A stretch of 64,000 nucleotides of DNA from a candidate division Kazan bacterium GW2011_GWA1_50_15 (GTDB taxonomy: Bacteria > Patescibacteriota > Kazan-3B-28), in assembly GCA_001029795.1 (NCBI GenBank), contig CP011216.1, positions 134,903-198,902 of the forward strand, written 5' to 3'. A program made the translations under genes and the position numbers. This document shows, piece by piece, positions 1 through 8,608 of this stretch (position 1 is the stretch's first letter; each line of letters starts with the position of its first letter). The notes beneath the pieces were generated by a model that saw only the letters and a program-made list of their open reading frames with translations, made no database searches and was not told where the DNA came from.

Positions 1-107
1 CCACCCACAACCGCGAGATAGTAGACAACATCAACAAACGGGTGATCAATATGGATAAAGGCCGGGTTGTGCGGGATAGACGGCGCGGTAAGTATGATTA
101 CAAATAA
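1..107 (+). CDS. ftsE: Cell division ATP-binding protein FtsE, 3' end (partial)
   Basis: Frame from nt 3 reads THNREIVDNINKRVINMDKGRVVRD...K*, the ABC ATPase H-loop region; directly upstream of ftsX. Confidence 0.85.
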   Translation, partial: THNREIVDNINKRVINMDKGRVVRDRRRGKYDYK

Positions 108-110
108 ACT

Positions 111-1022
111 ATGTTAATTTTTTGGCAGAGAATTTTTAGGTCGGCGACGTCCGGGTTCCGGCGCAATGGGTGGCTCAGTTTGGTGGCGGTGTTCATTATG
201 ACCCAGGCGCTGCTGTTGATCAGTATCTTTGCTTCGCTCAATCTGGTGATCGGCGCTTCGATCACAGCTATTAACGAACGGATCGACGTGGCTTTGTTTT
301 TCAAAGAGACCGTAACACAGAGTGAGGCAATGACGCTCAAAACCCAAGCGGAACAGATCGAAGGCGTTACGCAAGTTACCTATGTGTCATCTCAGGACGC
401 GCTGGATAAATTCTTGGCTGACCACCGTAACCGGGGGGCGATCTTAGACGTGGTATCGCGAGACGAAAATTTTCTGCCGGCCAGTTTGGAGATCAAGGTA
501 ACGGACCCTTATCTGATCGAAGGGATCGTGGGCCAGATCATCCGCGGCGATGGCGGCAAACTGATCTCACAAACCAGCCTGGAGGACAACCAGAAATTGA
601 TCGAGAAGTTGCGCAACTTTGGCGGGTTTGTGCAGAGGTCTAGCTTGATCCTGGCTTTGGTACTGATCATCATTGCGCTACTTATCATCTTTAATACGAT
701 CCGCATTACTATTTTTACGCGGCGAGAGGAGATCGAGATCATGAAGCTGGTGGGCGCCACCGATTGGTACATCCGCTGGCCGTTTATTATTGAAGGGATG
801 TTATATGGGGTGATCGCCACGATCTTGTCGTTGGTTTTGTTGTACGTGGGATACTTGGCCTTGGTCAAACCGATGGTAGATAGCTACCTGATCTCGGCTG
901 CCAGTAGCCCCGTGTTCACCCTAGGTTTCTTCATCTTTTTGGCTGCTTTACAGCTGGTGGTGGCGCTGGTGGTGGGCGGAGTCAGCAGTTACTGGGCGAC
1001 ACGTAAACATCTGCACGTATAA
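111..1022 (+). CDS. ftsX: Cell division permease FtsX
   Basis: 4 TM segments, NTIRITIFTRREEIEIMKLVGATDWYIRWPFIIEG signature. Confidence 0.95.
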   Translation: MLIFWQRIFRSATSGFRRNGWLSLVAVFIMTQALLLISIFASLNLVIGASITAINERIDVALFFKETVTQSEAMTLKTQAEQIEGVTQVTYVSSQDALDKFLADHRNRGAILDVVSRDENFLPASLEIKVTDPYLIEGIVGQIIRGDGGKLISQTSLEDNQKLIEKLRNFGGFVQRSSLILALVLIIIALLIIFNTIRITIFTRREEIEIMKLVGATDWYIRWPFIIEGMLYGVIATILSLVLLYVGYLALVKPMVDSYLISAASSPVFTLGFFIFLAALQLVVALVVGGVSSYWATRKHLHV

Positions 1023-1056
1023 AATAATTACAAATCAAAAATTGCGGACGTATTCT

Positions 1057-2214
1057 ATGAAGAGATTACCGATTATTCTGTTGGCGGTCTGGCTGGGGCT
1101 GGCGGGGTTAACGCCCGCCTGGGCCGATTTGTTGAGCGACAAAACTCAAGAACTGCAGAATCTGCAAAAACAGATCGAGCAGCAACAACAGGCTCTTGAT
1201 AAGGCCAAGAACCGGAGCGCTAGTCTAAAAAACCAGATCGATATTCTGGACCAACAGATAAAACTAACCCAGCTGCAGGTTGAAAGACTGGGGGAACAAG
1301 CGGCACAAACAACGGCGAACATTAGCCAGATCAATCGCGATCTGGTGGATGCCGAGGTTCAGATCTACAACAGCAAGCAGGTGTTAAGAGACGCTATTAC
1401 GGAGTCGTATATGCGTCAGCAGACCGGTCTGCTTGAGGTACTGTTGGGGTCATCTAATCTTTCGGACTTTGTTTCCCAGTTGGAGTACGTAACCGCAGTG
1501 GAAAGTCGGATTACTAACACCCTCTCAGTGCTGCAAGAGTTGAATGCGTCGTTGGCCGAGAAAAAAGGTCAGTTAGAGAAAGCCGAGAAAGAGTTGGCTG
1601 AGCTTTTAGCCAGTAAACAGCTAGAGGAGAATAGTCTCACTGTTCAGGTTGGCGCCAAACAGAATCTGTTGCACGATTCGCAGCTGACCGAGGCTGAGTA
1701 TCAAAAAAGACTCCAGGATGCGGCCGCTGAATACGCCCGCGTACAAAACGAGATCGCACAGTTGGCCCGGAATGTACGCAAAGACCAGCTCAACCAAGGT
1801 AAATACACTTTGCAGTGGCCGATCCCATCTCGGATGATCACGGCTGGGTTTAGAGATGCTGATTACTTGGCCAGATTTAAGATCCAACACAACGCTATCG
1901 ATATCGCCACTCCTCAGGGGACGCCGATCCGGGCTGCCGCCGATGCCTTTGTGGCTAAGGTCAAGTTCGACGGCAGTACCAGCTATTCCTATATTGTGCT
2001 GGACCATGGCAACGGGATGGTGACTGTCTACGCTCACGTCAGCGGGGTGTCGGTCAGCGCTGGCCAGTTCGTGCCGGTGGGTTCGGTCATTGGCTCGACC
2101 GGAGGGACACCAGGGACTACGGGAGCTGGCTGGCTTACCACGGGGCCTCATCTGCATTTGGAAGTTTGGTTAGATGGTCAAGCCCGTAGCCCGCTGGCCT
2201 ATCTTGTGGGCTAG
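1057..2214 (+). CDS. Coiled-coil M23 peptidase (EnvC/CwlO-like murein hydrolase or activator)
   Basis: Signal peptide, long coiled coil, HNAIDIA and TTGPHLHLEV M23 motifs; follows ftsEX. Confidence 0.9.
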   Translation: MKRLPIILLAVWLGLAGLTPAWADLLSDKTQELQNLQKQIEQQQQALDKAKNRSASLKNQIDILDQQIKLTQLQVERLGEQAAQTTANISQINRDLVDAEVQIYNSKQVLRDAITESYMRQQTGLLEVLLGSSNLSDFVSQLEYVTAVESRITNTLSVLQELNASLAEKKGQLEKAEKELAELLASKQLEENSLTVQVGAKQNLLHDSQLTEAEYQKRLQDAAAEYARVQNEIAQLARNVRKDQLNQGKYTLQWPIPSRMITAGFRDADYLARFKIQHNAIDIATPQGTPIRAAADAFVAKVKFDGSTSYSYIVLDHGNGMVTVYAHVSGVSVSAGQFVPVGSVIGSTGGTPGTTGAGWLTTGPHLHLEVWLDGQARSPLAYLVG

Positions 2215-2269
2215 GAGGAAATCTCCTACGATGGATGGGTAGTAACTGGGGGTGAGGGAGTTTTAAGTT

Positions 2270-3469
2270 ATGGGTAAACAGGTTGGTTTGTATGCTGCCG
2301 GGGTTGTGCTGCTTTTGGCGGTCTACTTTTTAGGTATGACCTACGGCTACTATGGTCGGGTAAATTTACAAAACTATTCAGCCGTTTTTAAGCAGGAGTT
2401 GATGGGAAGTCGGTTGGGGCAAACTGACTTGGATCTGCTTTGGACCGTGACCGACCTGGTGGACGCCAAGTACATTGGTCGGCCGAACTATCAGGATATG
2501 TTGTATGGGGCCATCCGGGGGGCGGTAACGGCCCTGGGTGACCCGTACACAGTGTTTACTAGTCCTACAGAGAACCAAGAGTTCTTCGCCGCGCTTGATG
2601 GGATCTATGATGGGATCGGAGTAGAGATAGATGTGGTCGGGGGACATCTGCTAGTCATATCTCCTTTGAAGGATTCACCCGCGGATAAGGCAGGATTGTT
2701 GCCGCGCGACGAGGTGCTGGCCATAGATGGTGAGAGCGTTACGGGACTTACTCTGGGCGAAGTGGTCGCGAAGATGAAGGGTCCGGCTGGGACTGTCGTA
2801 CGGCTTACGGTAGGACGCGTTGGAATAAACGAACCATTAGATATCGAGATCCAGCGCGAGACAGTACGCAAACGGAGCGTGGAAGTAACCGTAGATGACA
2901 ATAAGATAGCAGTGGTGGGTATCTTGCGCTTTGCCTCGGATACCGAGACAACTTTTCGGGCGGCGGTAAATGAAGTATTGGCGAAGGGGGCGGTAGGGAT
3001 GGTGTTGGATATGCGTAACAATCCGGGCGGATTCTTGGATGTGGGGGTGAAGGTGGCTAACGAATTTTTGGCTTCGGGCCAGATAGTCGAGGAACGGTTT
3101 AAGGACGGGAAAGTTACCCCGTTCTCGGCTGACGGGTCCGGGAGATTAACTAAATTGCCTGTAGTGGTTTTGGTTAATGGCGGGAGTGCTTCCGCGGCCG
3201 AGATCGTGGCTGGAGCGTTGCAGGATAATCAGCGGGCCAAGATAGCCGGCGAACAGACCTTCGGTAAAGGAAGCGTGCAGGAGGTAGAGGCTTTCCCCGA
3301 CGGGTCCGCTCTGCGGCTCACGGTCGCAAAATGGTATACTCCCAAAGGCCGTTCCATCAGCGATGAAGGGATTAGACCAGATAAGGTGATAGAATGGAGG
3401 TCGGATAGCACGATAGACAATCAGTTGGACGGAGCAAAGCAAGTATTACAAACATTAATCGGTAGATGA
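2270..3469 (+). CDS. ctpA: S41 carboxy-terminal processing protease with PDZ domain
   Basis: LDMRNNPGG, SASAAEIVAGALQD, TFGKGSVQ motifs. Confidence 0.93.
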   Translation: MGKQVGLYAAGVVLLLAVYFLGMTYGYYGRVNLQNYSAVFKQELMGSRLGQTDLDLLWTVTDLVDAKYIGRPNYQDMLYGAIRGAVTALGDPYTVFTSPTENQEFFAALDGIYDGIGVEIDVVGGHLLVISPLKDSPADKAGLLPRDEVLAIDGESVTGLTLGEVVAKMKGPAGTVVRLTVGRVGINEPLDIEIQRETVRKRSVEVTVDDNKIAVVGILRFASDTETTFRAAVNEVLAKGAVGMVLDMRNNPGGFLDVGVKVANEFLASGQIVEERFKDGKVTPFSADGSGRLTKLPVVVLVNGGSASAAEIVAGALQDNQRAKIAGEQTFGKGSVQEVEAFPDGSALRLTVAKWYTPKGRSISDEGIRPDKVIEWRSDSTIDNQLDGAKQVLQTLIGR

Positions 3470-3478
3470 GATTTTAAC

Positions 3479-3913
3479 GTGGAAGTTATATTTTTACAAA
3501 ATGTGAACGGGGTAGCCCACAAAGGCGACGTTAAGCAGATCAGCGACGGTTACGCACGCAATTTTCTGTTGCCTAATGGGTTAGCCGAGGCGGCGACTCC
3601 GGGTAGAGTGGCAGCGATCAAGGTCGAAGCCGAACATAAGGTAGCCCAACGGGCTGAACGCGGCGCGGAGCTACAGCAGTTGATCGAGGCGTGGGATGGA
3701 CGTGAGATCACTATTGAGGCTAAGGCGAACAAGGCTGGCGGGCTGTTCGCGGCGATCACACCAGAAGTGGTTGCAAAACACCTGAATGGTGAGATTGGCG
3801 CGGAGCAGATCGTGATGCCAGTGCCGATTAAAACGGTGGGGGAGCATACTGTTAAGTTACGGGCTGGCGCGGACGCAATTGCTGCAATGACCGTGATAGT
3901 CAGACCGCTTTAA
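3479..3913 (+). CDS. rplI: 50S ribosomal protein L9
   Basis: KGDVKQISDGYARNFLLP N-terminal motif, PIKTVGEH C-terminal motif. Confidence 0.93.
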   Translation: MEVIFLQNVNGVAHKGDVKQISDGYARNFLLPNGLAEAATPGRVAAIKVEAEHKVAQRAERGAELQQLIEAWDGREITIEAKANKAGGLFAAITPEVVAKHLNGEIGAEQIVMPVPIKTVGEHTVKLRAGADAIAAMTVIVRPL

Positions 3914-3921
3914 TCGTCAAG

Positions 3922-5232
3922 ATGATGAAAGATGGCGATAATTCAATGAAGGATATTGTAGCGCTCTGTAAGCGGCGCGGGTTGATTTACCCGGGTTCGG
4001 AGATTTATGGCGGATTGGCCAACACCTGGGACTATGGTCCGTATGGAGTACTTTTAAAAAACAACGTTAAACAACTCTGGTGGAAGGAAATAGTGATGAA
4101 ACGGGCCGACATCGTGGGTCTAGATAGTGGGATATTGATGAACCCAAAGGTATGGGAGGCTAGCGGCCATCTAACTGAGTTTACCGATCCGTTAATCGAG
4201 TGCAAAGACTGTAAAAAACGGTTTAAAGGAGATGATGTTAAGGGTGATGCCTGTCCGGAGTGTAGCGGAAGTCTTGGCGAGGCCAAAAAGTTCAATTTAA
4301 TGTTTGCGACCCACATCGGACCGGTGGCGGATGATAAAAGTATCACGTATCTGCGGCCGGAGACGGCGCAAGGGATTTTCGTCAATTTTAAAAATGTATT
4401 GGATAGCACGCGGGTGAGGCTACCCTTTGGCATCGCCCAGATCGGTAAGGCGTTTCGCAACGAAATCACCCCGGGCAACTTTACTTTTAGAACACTGGAA
4501 TTTGAGCAATTCGAGTTGGAGTATTTTGTCTATCCCGAAACCGCGGATAAATTTTTTGCTGACTGGGCGGATGAACGGTTGCGGTGGTATGTGGATCTGG
4601 GGTTAGACAGTGCCAAGATCCATCTGAAAGCGCATGACAAAAAAGATCTGGCGCACTACGCCAAAGCGGTCACGGATGTGGAGTACAAATTCCCGTTCGG
4701 CTGGAGCGAATTAGAGGGAATAGCCAACCGGGGTGACTATGACCTAGTTCAGCATCAGAAAGTCAGCGGCGAGAGTTTGGAATACACGGACGACGAGGGC
4801 AAAAAAGTGATGCCGTATATTATTGAACCGTCTGGCGGGGTGGATCGCGCCACGCTAGCATTTTTGGTGGATGCTTATCGCGAAGAAGAGGTCAAGGGTG
4901 AGAAGCGGGTGGTGTTGGCGTTAGACCCGCGCTTGGCGCCGATCAGGGCGGCTGTCTTGCCGTTAGTAAAAAAAGAACCGGTAGTGACCAAGGCCAAAGA
5001 GATCTGTGACAGTTTGAGAAATAAATTCTTTGTTGAGTATGACGAGTCGGGCACGGTGGGGAAGCGGTATCGCCGGCAAGATGAGATTGGGACGCCATTT
5101 TGTATTACCGTGGATTTTGAGGGGCTAGAAAGTGAGCCCCAGACCGTAACGATTCGTGACCGAGACACGATGGAGCAGAAGCGGATTGTGATAGACCAAG
5201 TTGGGGAATGGTTGGCAGGGAAAATAAACTAG
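3922..5232 (+). CDS. glyQS: Glycine--tRNA ligase (alpha2 type)
   Basis: LRPETAQGIF, QIGKAFRNEITP, GKRYRRQDEIGTP motifs. Confidence 0.96.
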   Translation: MMKDGDNSMKDIVALCKRRGLIYPGSEIYGGLANTWDYGPYGVLLKNNVKQLWWKEIVMKRADIVGLDSGILMNPKVWEASGHLTEFTDPLIECKDCKKRFKGDDVKGDACPECSGSLGEAKKFNLMFATHIGPVADDKSITYLRPETAQGIFVNFKNVLDSTRVRLPFGIAQIGKAFRNEITPGNFTFRTLEFEQFELEYFVYPETADKFFADWADERLRWYVDLGLDSAKIHLKAHDKKDLAHYAKAVTDVEYKFPFGWSELEGIANRGDYDLVQHQKVSGESLEYTDDEGKKVMPYIIEPSGGVDRATLAFLVDAYREEEVKGEKRVVLALDPRLAPIRAAVLPLVKKEPVVTKAKEICDSLRNKFFVEYDESGTVGKRYRRQDEIGTPFCITVDFEGLESEPQTVTIRDRDTMEQKRIVIDQVGEWLAGKIN

Positions 5233-5233
5233 A

Positions 5234-5863
5234 GTGATGAAATCATCAATCTTGCGAGTGGAAACAGTCCGAGGCGACAAGTATGAAAAGTACTTGCTAA
5301 AGTGCAAGAAAGAATTAGATAAATGGTTTGGGGTTAGTGTGGATATCCCCCGGGTGTTGTTTGTGCAGTCGCGTAAAGAATACGACAAGATCGTGGGGTA
5401 TAAAACCGAGGCCTGGCAGGTGGGGAACAGCGGAAATGGGGTAATTTATATTTTAGATCCGAAGATCTACACCAAAGAATCTGACCACAAAGACATTAAG
5501 CGGTTTTGGCTGGTGTTGAAGCATGAATATGTTCATCTGTACTGGCATCAAATGACTGCTTCGTGGAACCCTCGTTGGCTGAATGAGGGATTGGCGTGTT
5601 ATTTGGCTGGACAGGAGAAAAAGGCACCGAGTCAGGAAGTGGTTATCGATGTACGGAAATACTTTGGTCATGGTGGAATGTTTGTCTATGGACTCGGATA
5701 TTTTTGGGTGAATTATTTAGTGAAAAAGTTTGGCAAAACCAAATTGTTGAATTTGATTAAGAGCGTGGATGCGGATGTTACCAACAAGAAATTTGAGGCC
5801 AAGTTCAAGCGAATTTATGGGTTTGGGTTAGATAAGAAATCTCTCGCGAGAATTATGAATTAA
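5234..5863 (+). CDS. Putative zincin-type (HExxH) metallopeptidase
   Basis: KHEYVHL followed by PRWLNEGLA, a gluzincin-like pattern; visibly more AT-rich than neighbours. Confidence 0.6.
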   Translation: MMKSSILRVETVRGDKYEKYLLKCKKELDKWFGVSVDIPRVLFVQSRKEYDKIVGYKTEAWQVGNSGNGVIYILDPKIYTKESDHKDIKRFWLVLKHEYVHLYWHQMTASWNPRWLNEGLACYLAGQEKKAPSQEVVIDVRKYFGHGGMFVYGLGYFWVNYLVKKFGKTKLLNLIKSVDADVTNKKFEAKFKRIYGFGLDKKSLARIMN

Positions 5864-5865
5864 GA

Positions 5866-6129
5866 ATGGAAATCATCAAAAAGAAAATTTGGCCGGAGTA
5901 TTTTGAGGCGGTGGTGTCGGGCAAGAAGAACTTTGAAGTGCGACTGGCCGATTTTGATGTGAATGAGGGCGACACGCTTCTTTTGGAGGAGTGGGACCCA
6001 GGGACCAAAGAGTATACTGGCCGGTCGGTAGAGAAGCAGGTTACTTATGTAGCCAAGACCAAGAGTTTTGCTTTCTACCAGCCGGAGGAAGTAGAAAAGT
6101 ACGGCTATCAGGTCATCGGTTTGAAGTAG
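5866..6129 (+). CDS. ASCH/DUF3850-like small protein
   Basis: KIWPEYFEAVVSGKKNFEVR...GDTLLLEEW signature. Confidence 0.8.
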   Translation: MEIIKKKIWPEYFEAVVSGKKNFEVRLADFDVNEGDTLLLEEWDPGTKEYTGRSVEKQVTYVAKTKSFAFYQPEEVEKYGYQVIGLK

Positions 6130-6265
6130 GGGACTGGGGATAACTTTGGTTCCGTCTGAGGTAAAAACATAATATTTCGCTCTGGAAGCGAAGTATTTTT
6201 ATATAAAAATTAGTGGGGTCAAAGGGTTGCCAGATGAAACCTTAGTGGTATATGATAAAACCGTT

Positions 6266-6301
6266 GTGGATAAATGTGGGGATAAGTGGAGGAAACGGTG
6301 G
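6266..6301 (+). promoter_or_regulatory. MraZ-box-like GTGG direct repeats
   Basis: GTGG at 6266, 6276, 6286 (10-bp period) and 6298, downstream of a TTGCCA-N18-TATGAT promoter candidate (6227-6256) and upstream of mraZ. Confidence 0.7.
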
Positions 6302-6729
6302 ATAATGTTTTTATCGGTGAATATACGCATGTTTTAGACAGCAAGGGCCGGCTTGCTATTCCTGTCAAATTTAAAAACCTGCTGGAGAGGGGCGCGGTAG
6401 TTACCAAGGGTTTAGACGGCTGTCTCTTTCTCTACACCGAGGCCGAGTGGGCTAAGTTGGTGGCGAGGTTGAACCAGATGCCGATATCACAAAGTAACTC
6501 TCGGGCGTTCGCTCGACTGATGCTGGCCGGGGCGATGCCGGTGAGCTTGGACAGCCAGAACCGCATCAACCTTCCTAACTATTTGATCGCTTTTGCTGGG
6601 TTAGGGGGTACAGCAGTATTGGCTGGCTTGATGAACCGATTGGAGATCTGGGACACCAAGAAGTGGGCCAGCTACAAAAAGAAAACCGAGCCGGAATCCG
6701 AAAAGATAGCCGAACAACTGTTCATTTAA
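6298..6729 (+). CDS. mraZ: Transcriptional regulator MraZ
   Basis: FIGEYTHVLDSKGRLAIP and LDSQNRI motifs; GTG start chosen 5 nt after GGAGG. Confidence 0.95.
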   Translation: MDNVFIGEYTHVLDSKGRLAIPVKFKNLLERGAVVTKGLDGCLFLYTEAEWAKLVARLNQMPISQSNSRAFARLMLAGAMPVSLDSQNRINLPNYLIAFAGLGGTAVLAGLMNRLEIWDTKKWASYKKKTEPESEKIAEQLFI

Positions 6730-6733
6730 ATGC

Positions 6734-6846
6734 CCTCGGAGGGAGAAAACCATAATGGGTTTTCCCCCTTCCGACGCCCCGGCTTGCCGGGGCTGCCTCC
6801 TCCTTTCAAGGAGTTCGCAACCCGAAATAAATTCGGATTGCTCACG
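6734..6846. repeat. Structured intergenic element family A, copy 1
   Basis: Near-identical to 50707-50818; four consecutive hairpins; 3' 22 nt duplicated at 6897-6918. Confidence 0.9.
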
Positions 6847-6947
6847 AGGGGACAAATATTCATTCGAAAAGAGTTTTGCCACTCCGAGGGAGCCTAAAAT
6901 AAATTCGGATTGCTCACGGGGGATTATTGCTTACTTAAAAATTTGAT

Positions 6948-7085
6948 TTTTCTTTTGCGCGGCCGGTAACTCACCACAATTAGTTATCTAGCTATTATCC
7001 GCAACTTTTCACCTCCTACAACTTGAGTTTTTACCCACCCCTGGGAAAATAAAAACCACCGAGTTGCCGGCCGCGTAAAGGAAAA
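6948..7085 (+). other. 25-bp inverted repeat enclosing 88 nt (candidate RNA stem)
   Basis: 6948-6972 pairs with 7061-7085 with 22 Watson-Crick and 3 G-U pairs on the + strand. Confidence 0.7.
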
Positions 7086-7104
7086 GTCTTAACAAAATGT
7101 ATTA

Positions 7105-7983
7105 GTGCAAAGTTTCACCCATCAGCCCGTTCTGACTGATGCTGTAATCGAGCATTTGGCGCTGCGCCCCGGGCAAACTATAGTGGATGCCACGTTGGGA
7201 TTAGGCGGACACGCCAAGAGCATTCTGGAGCGATTGGGGGGAACCGGAAAGTTGGTTGGCATTGATCAAGATGAACAGGCATTACAAGCAGCAGAGCATA
7301 ACCTTAGTTCGTACCAAGATCAGTTGGTGTTGGTACGTGGCAATTTCCGCGATTTTGTTCAGTTGGTTCAGCGTGCCATCGGATCCGTACGCGTTGACGG
7401 AATACTTTTTGACCTCGGTGTCTCGTCTCTTCAACTAGACGATACGTCCCGAGGTTTTTCTTTTAACAAATCAGCCAGATTAGATATGCGCATGGGTGGC
7501 GGGGAGGTAACGGCGGCTGAGGTGGTTAACGCCTATCCAGTTGACGAGCTAGTTCGCATCTTTCGAGATTATGGCGAAGAGCCAAGGGCTATGAGCATTG
7601 CGAAACGGATAGCGGTAGCTCGGCAGCAGCAGCCGATCGAAACTACTGAACAGCTAGTCGGGATCATCGGTGGCTATCTGGGTGGGCGGCGCCATCCAGC
7701 TACTCGAATATTCCAGGCTTTGCGCATCGAAGTGAATGACGAGTTGGGGGCCCTAGAGAGAGCGTTGCCGCAGGCGGTGGAGTCGCTGAAACCGAGCGGA
7801 CGGCTAGTAGTTATCTCGTTCCATTCGTTAGAGGACCGGATAGTCAAACACTTCTTTAAAACTTTGACCACTGGGGGGAGCGTCCGGCTTCTCACCAAGA
7901 AGGCGGTTACGCCTTCTTGGGAGGAGCGCAAAAAGAACCGACGGGCGAGAAGCGCTAAACTGCGTGCTATCGAGAAATTATGA
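7105..7983 (+). CDS. rsmH: 16S rRNA m4C1402 methyltransferase RsmH
   Basis: VDATLGLGGHA, DLGVSSLQLD, ISFHSLEDRIVK, RARSAKLR. Confidence 0.97.
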   Translation: MQSFTHQPVLTDAVIEHLALRPGQTIVDATLGLGGHAKSILERLGGTGKLVGIDQDEQALQAAEHNLSSYQDQLVLVRGNFRDFVQLVQRAIGSVRVDGILFDLGVSSLQLDDTSRGFSFNKSARLDMRMGGGEVTAAEVVNAYPVDELVRIFRDYGEEPRAMSIAKRIAVARQQQPIETTEQLVGIIGGYLGGRRHPATRIFQALRIEVNDELGALERALPQAVESLKPSGRLVVISFHSLEDRIVKHFFKTLTTGGSVRLLTKKAVTPSWEERKKNRRARSAKLRAIEKL

Positions 7984-8363
7984 GACGAGGATTCAAACTT
8001 AATCTAAGAAATAAGATCAAGATGGGGCCAATGTCTTTGACTTACCTGGCCGTAATAGCTTTTTTCGCTATTGGTTTTGTCTATGTGTTAACGGTTAATG
8101 TGGTGTCGAATAAGGGCACCACATTGCGTTTATTAGAGTTGGAGAATAAAGGTCTGGTAAGTGAGAATGACCGATTAGAGGTGGAGGCGGCCAGATTGAA
8201 GTCACTGCGGGTAATTGAGGATAACGCTTCCGGCGAAGTGCATGTCGGCGATCTGGAGGCACCCAAAGAAGAGAACCTGCAGCCAGTAGCGATAGTGCCA
8301 AAACTTGTGCCGACGAGAACGCAGCAGTACCTGCCGAGTTATAGTCAGTTAGCGCAACGCTAG
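7980..8363 (+). CDS. FtsL-like bitopic membrane protein
   Basis: One TM segment plus leucine coiled coil; located between rsmH and ftsI. Confidence 0.6.
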   Translation: MRRGFKLNLRNKIKMGPMSLTYLAVIAFFAIGFVYVLTVNVVSNKGTTLRLLELENKGLVSENDRLEVEAARLKSLRVIEDNASGEVHVGDLEAPKEENLQPVAIVPKLVPTRTQQYLPSYSQLAQR

Positions 8364-8369
8364 GTTTTT

Positions 8370-8570
8370 TTGAACGCAAGCTGGCGTTCAATCCAGCGCT
8401 ACTTTTGTCTTGCCAAAAGTAGCCAAAAGCGTGGCCCTAGCGGCTCCAGCTCTATTCATTGGCTAAATTGCCGGGTGCTTCCGCCGAACTCCTCTCTAAC
8501 GGTCGTCAAACATGCGGCTCCGCCCCGAGCGATTTAGCTCAATTCAGGACGCGCCTCTGCCGAAGGGCCG
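8370..8570. repeat. Structured intergenic element family B, copy 1
   Basis: Hairpin, GCTACTTTTG..CAAAAGTAGC-CAAAAG hairpin, long stem with GAACTC..TCAAACA internal motif; closely matches 58525-58727. Confidence 0.85.
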
Positions 8571-8608
8571 GACAAGAAAAGGTCAAGGGGTAAGATATAA
8601 TTGAAGGT

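Noticed and set aside
6305-6320. Apparent frameshift at the mraZ start (ATG TTT TT ATC)
   Set aside because: An in-frame GTG at 6298 with a GGAGG SD gives MDNVFIGEY, so no frameshift is needed.
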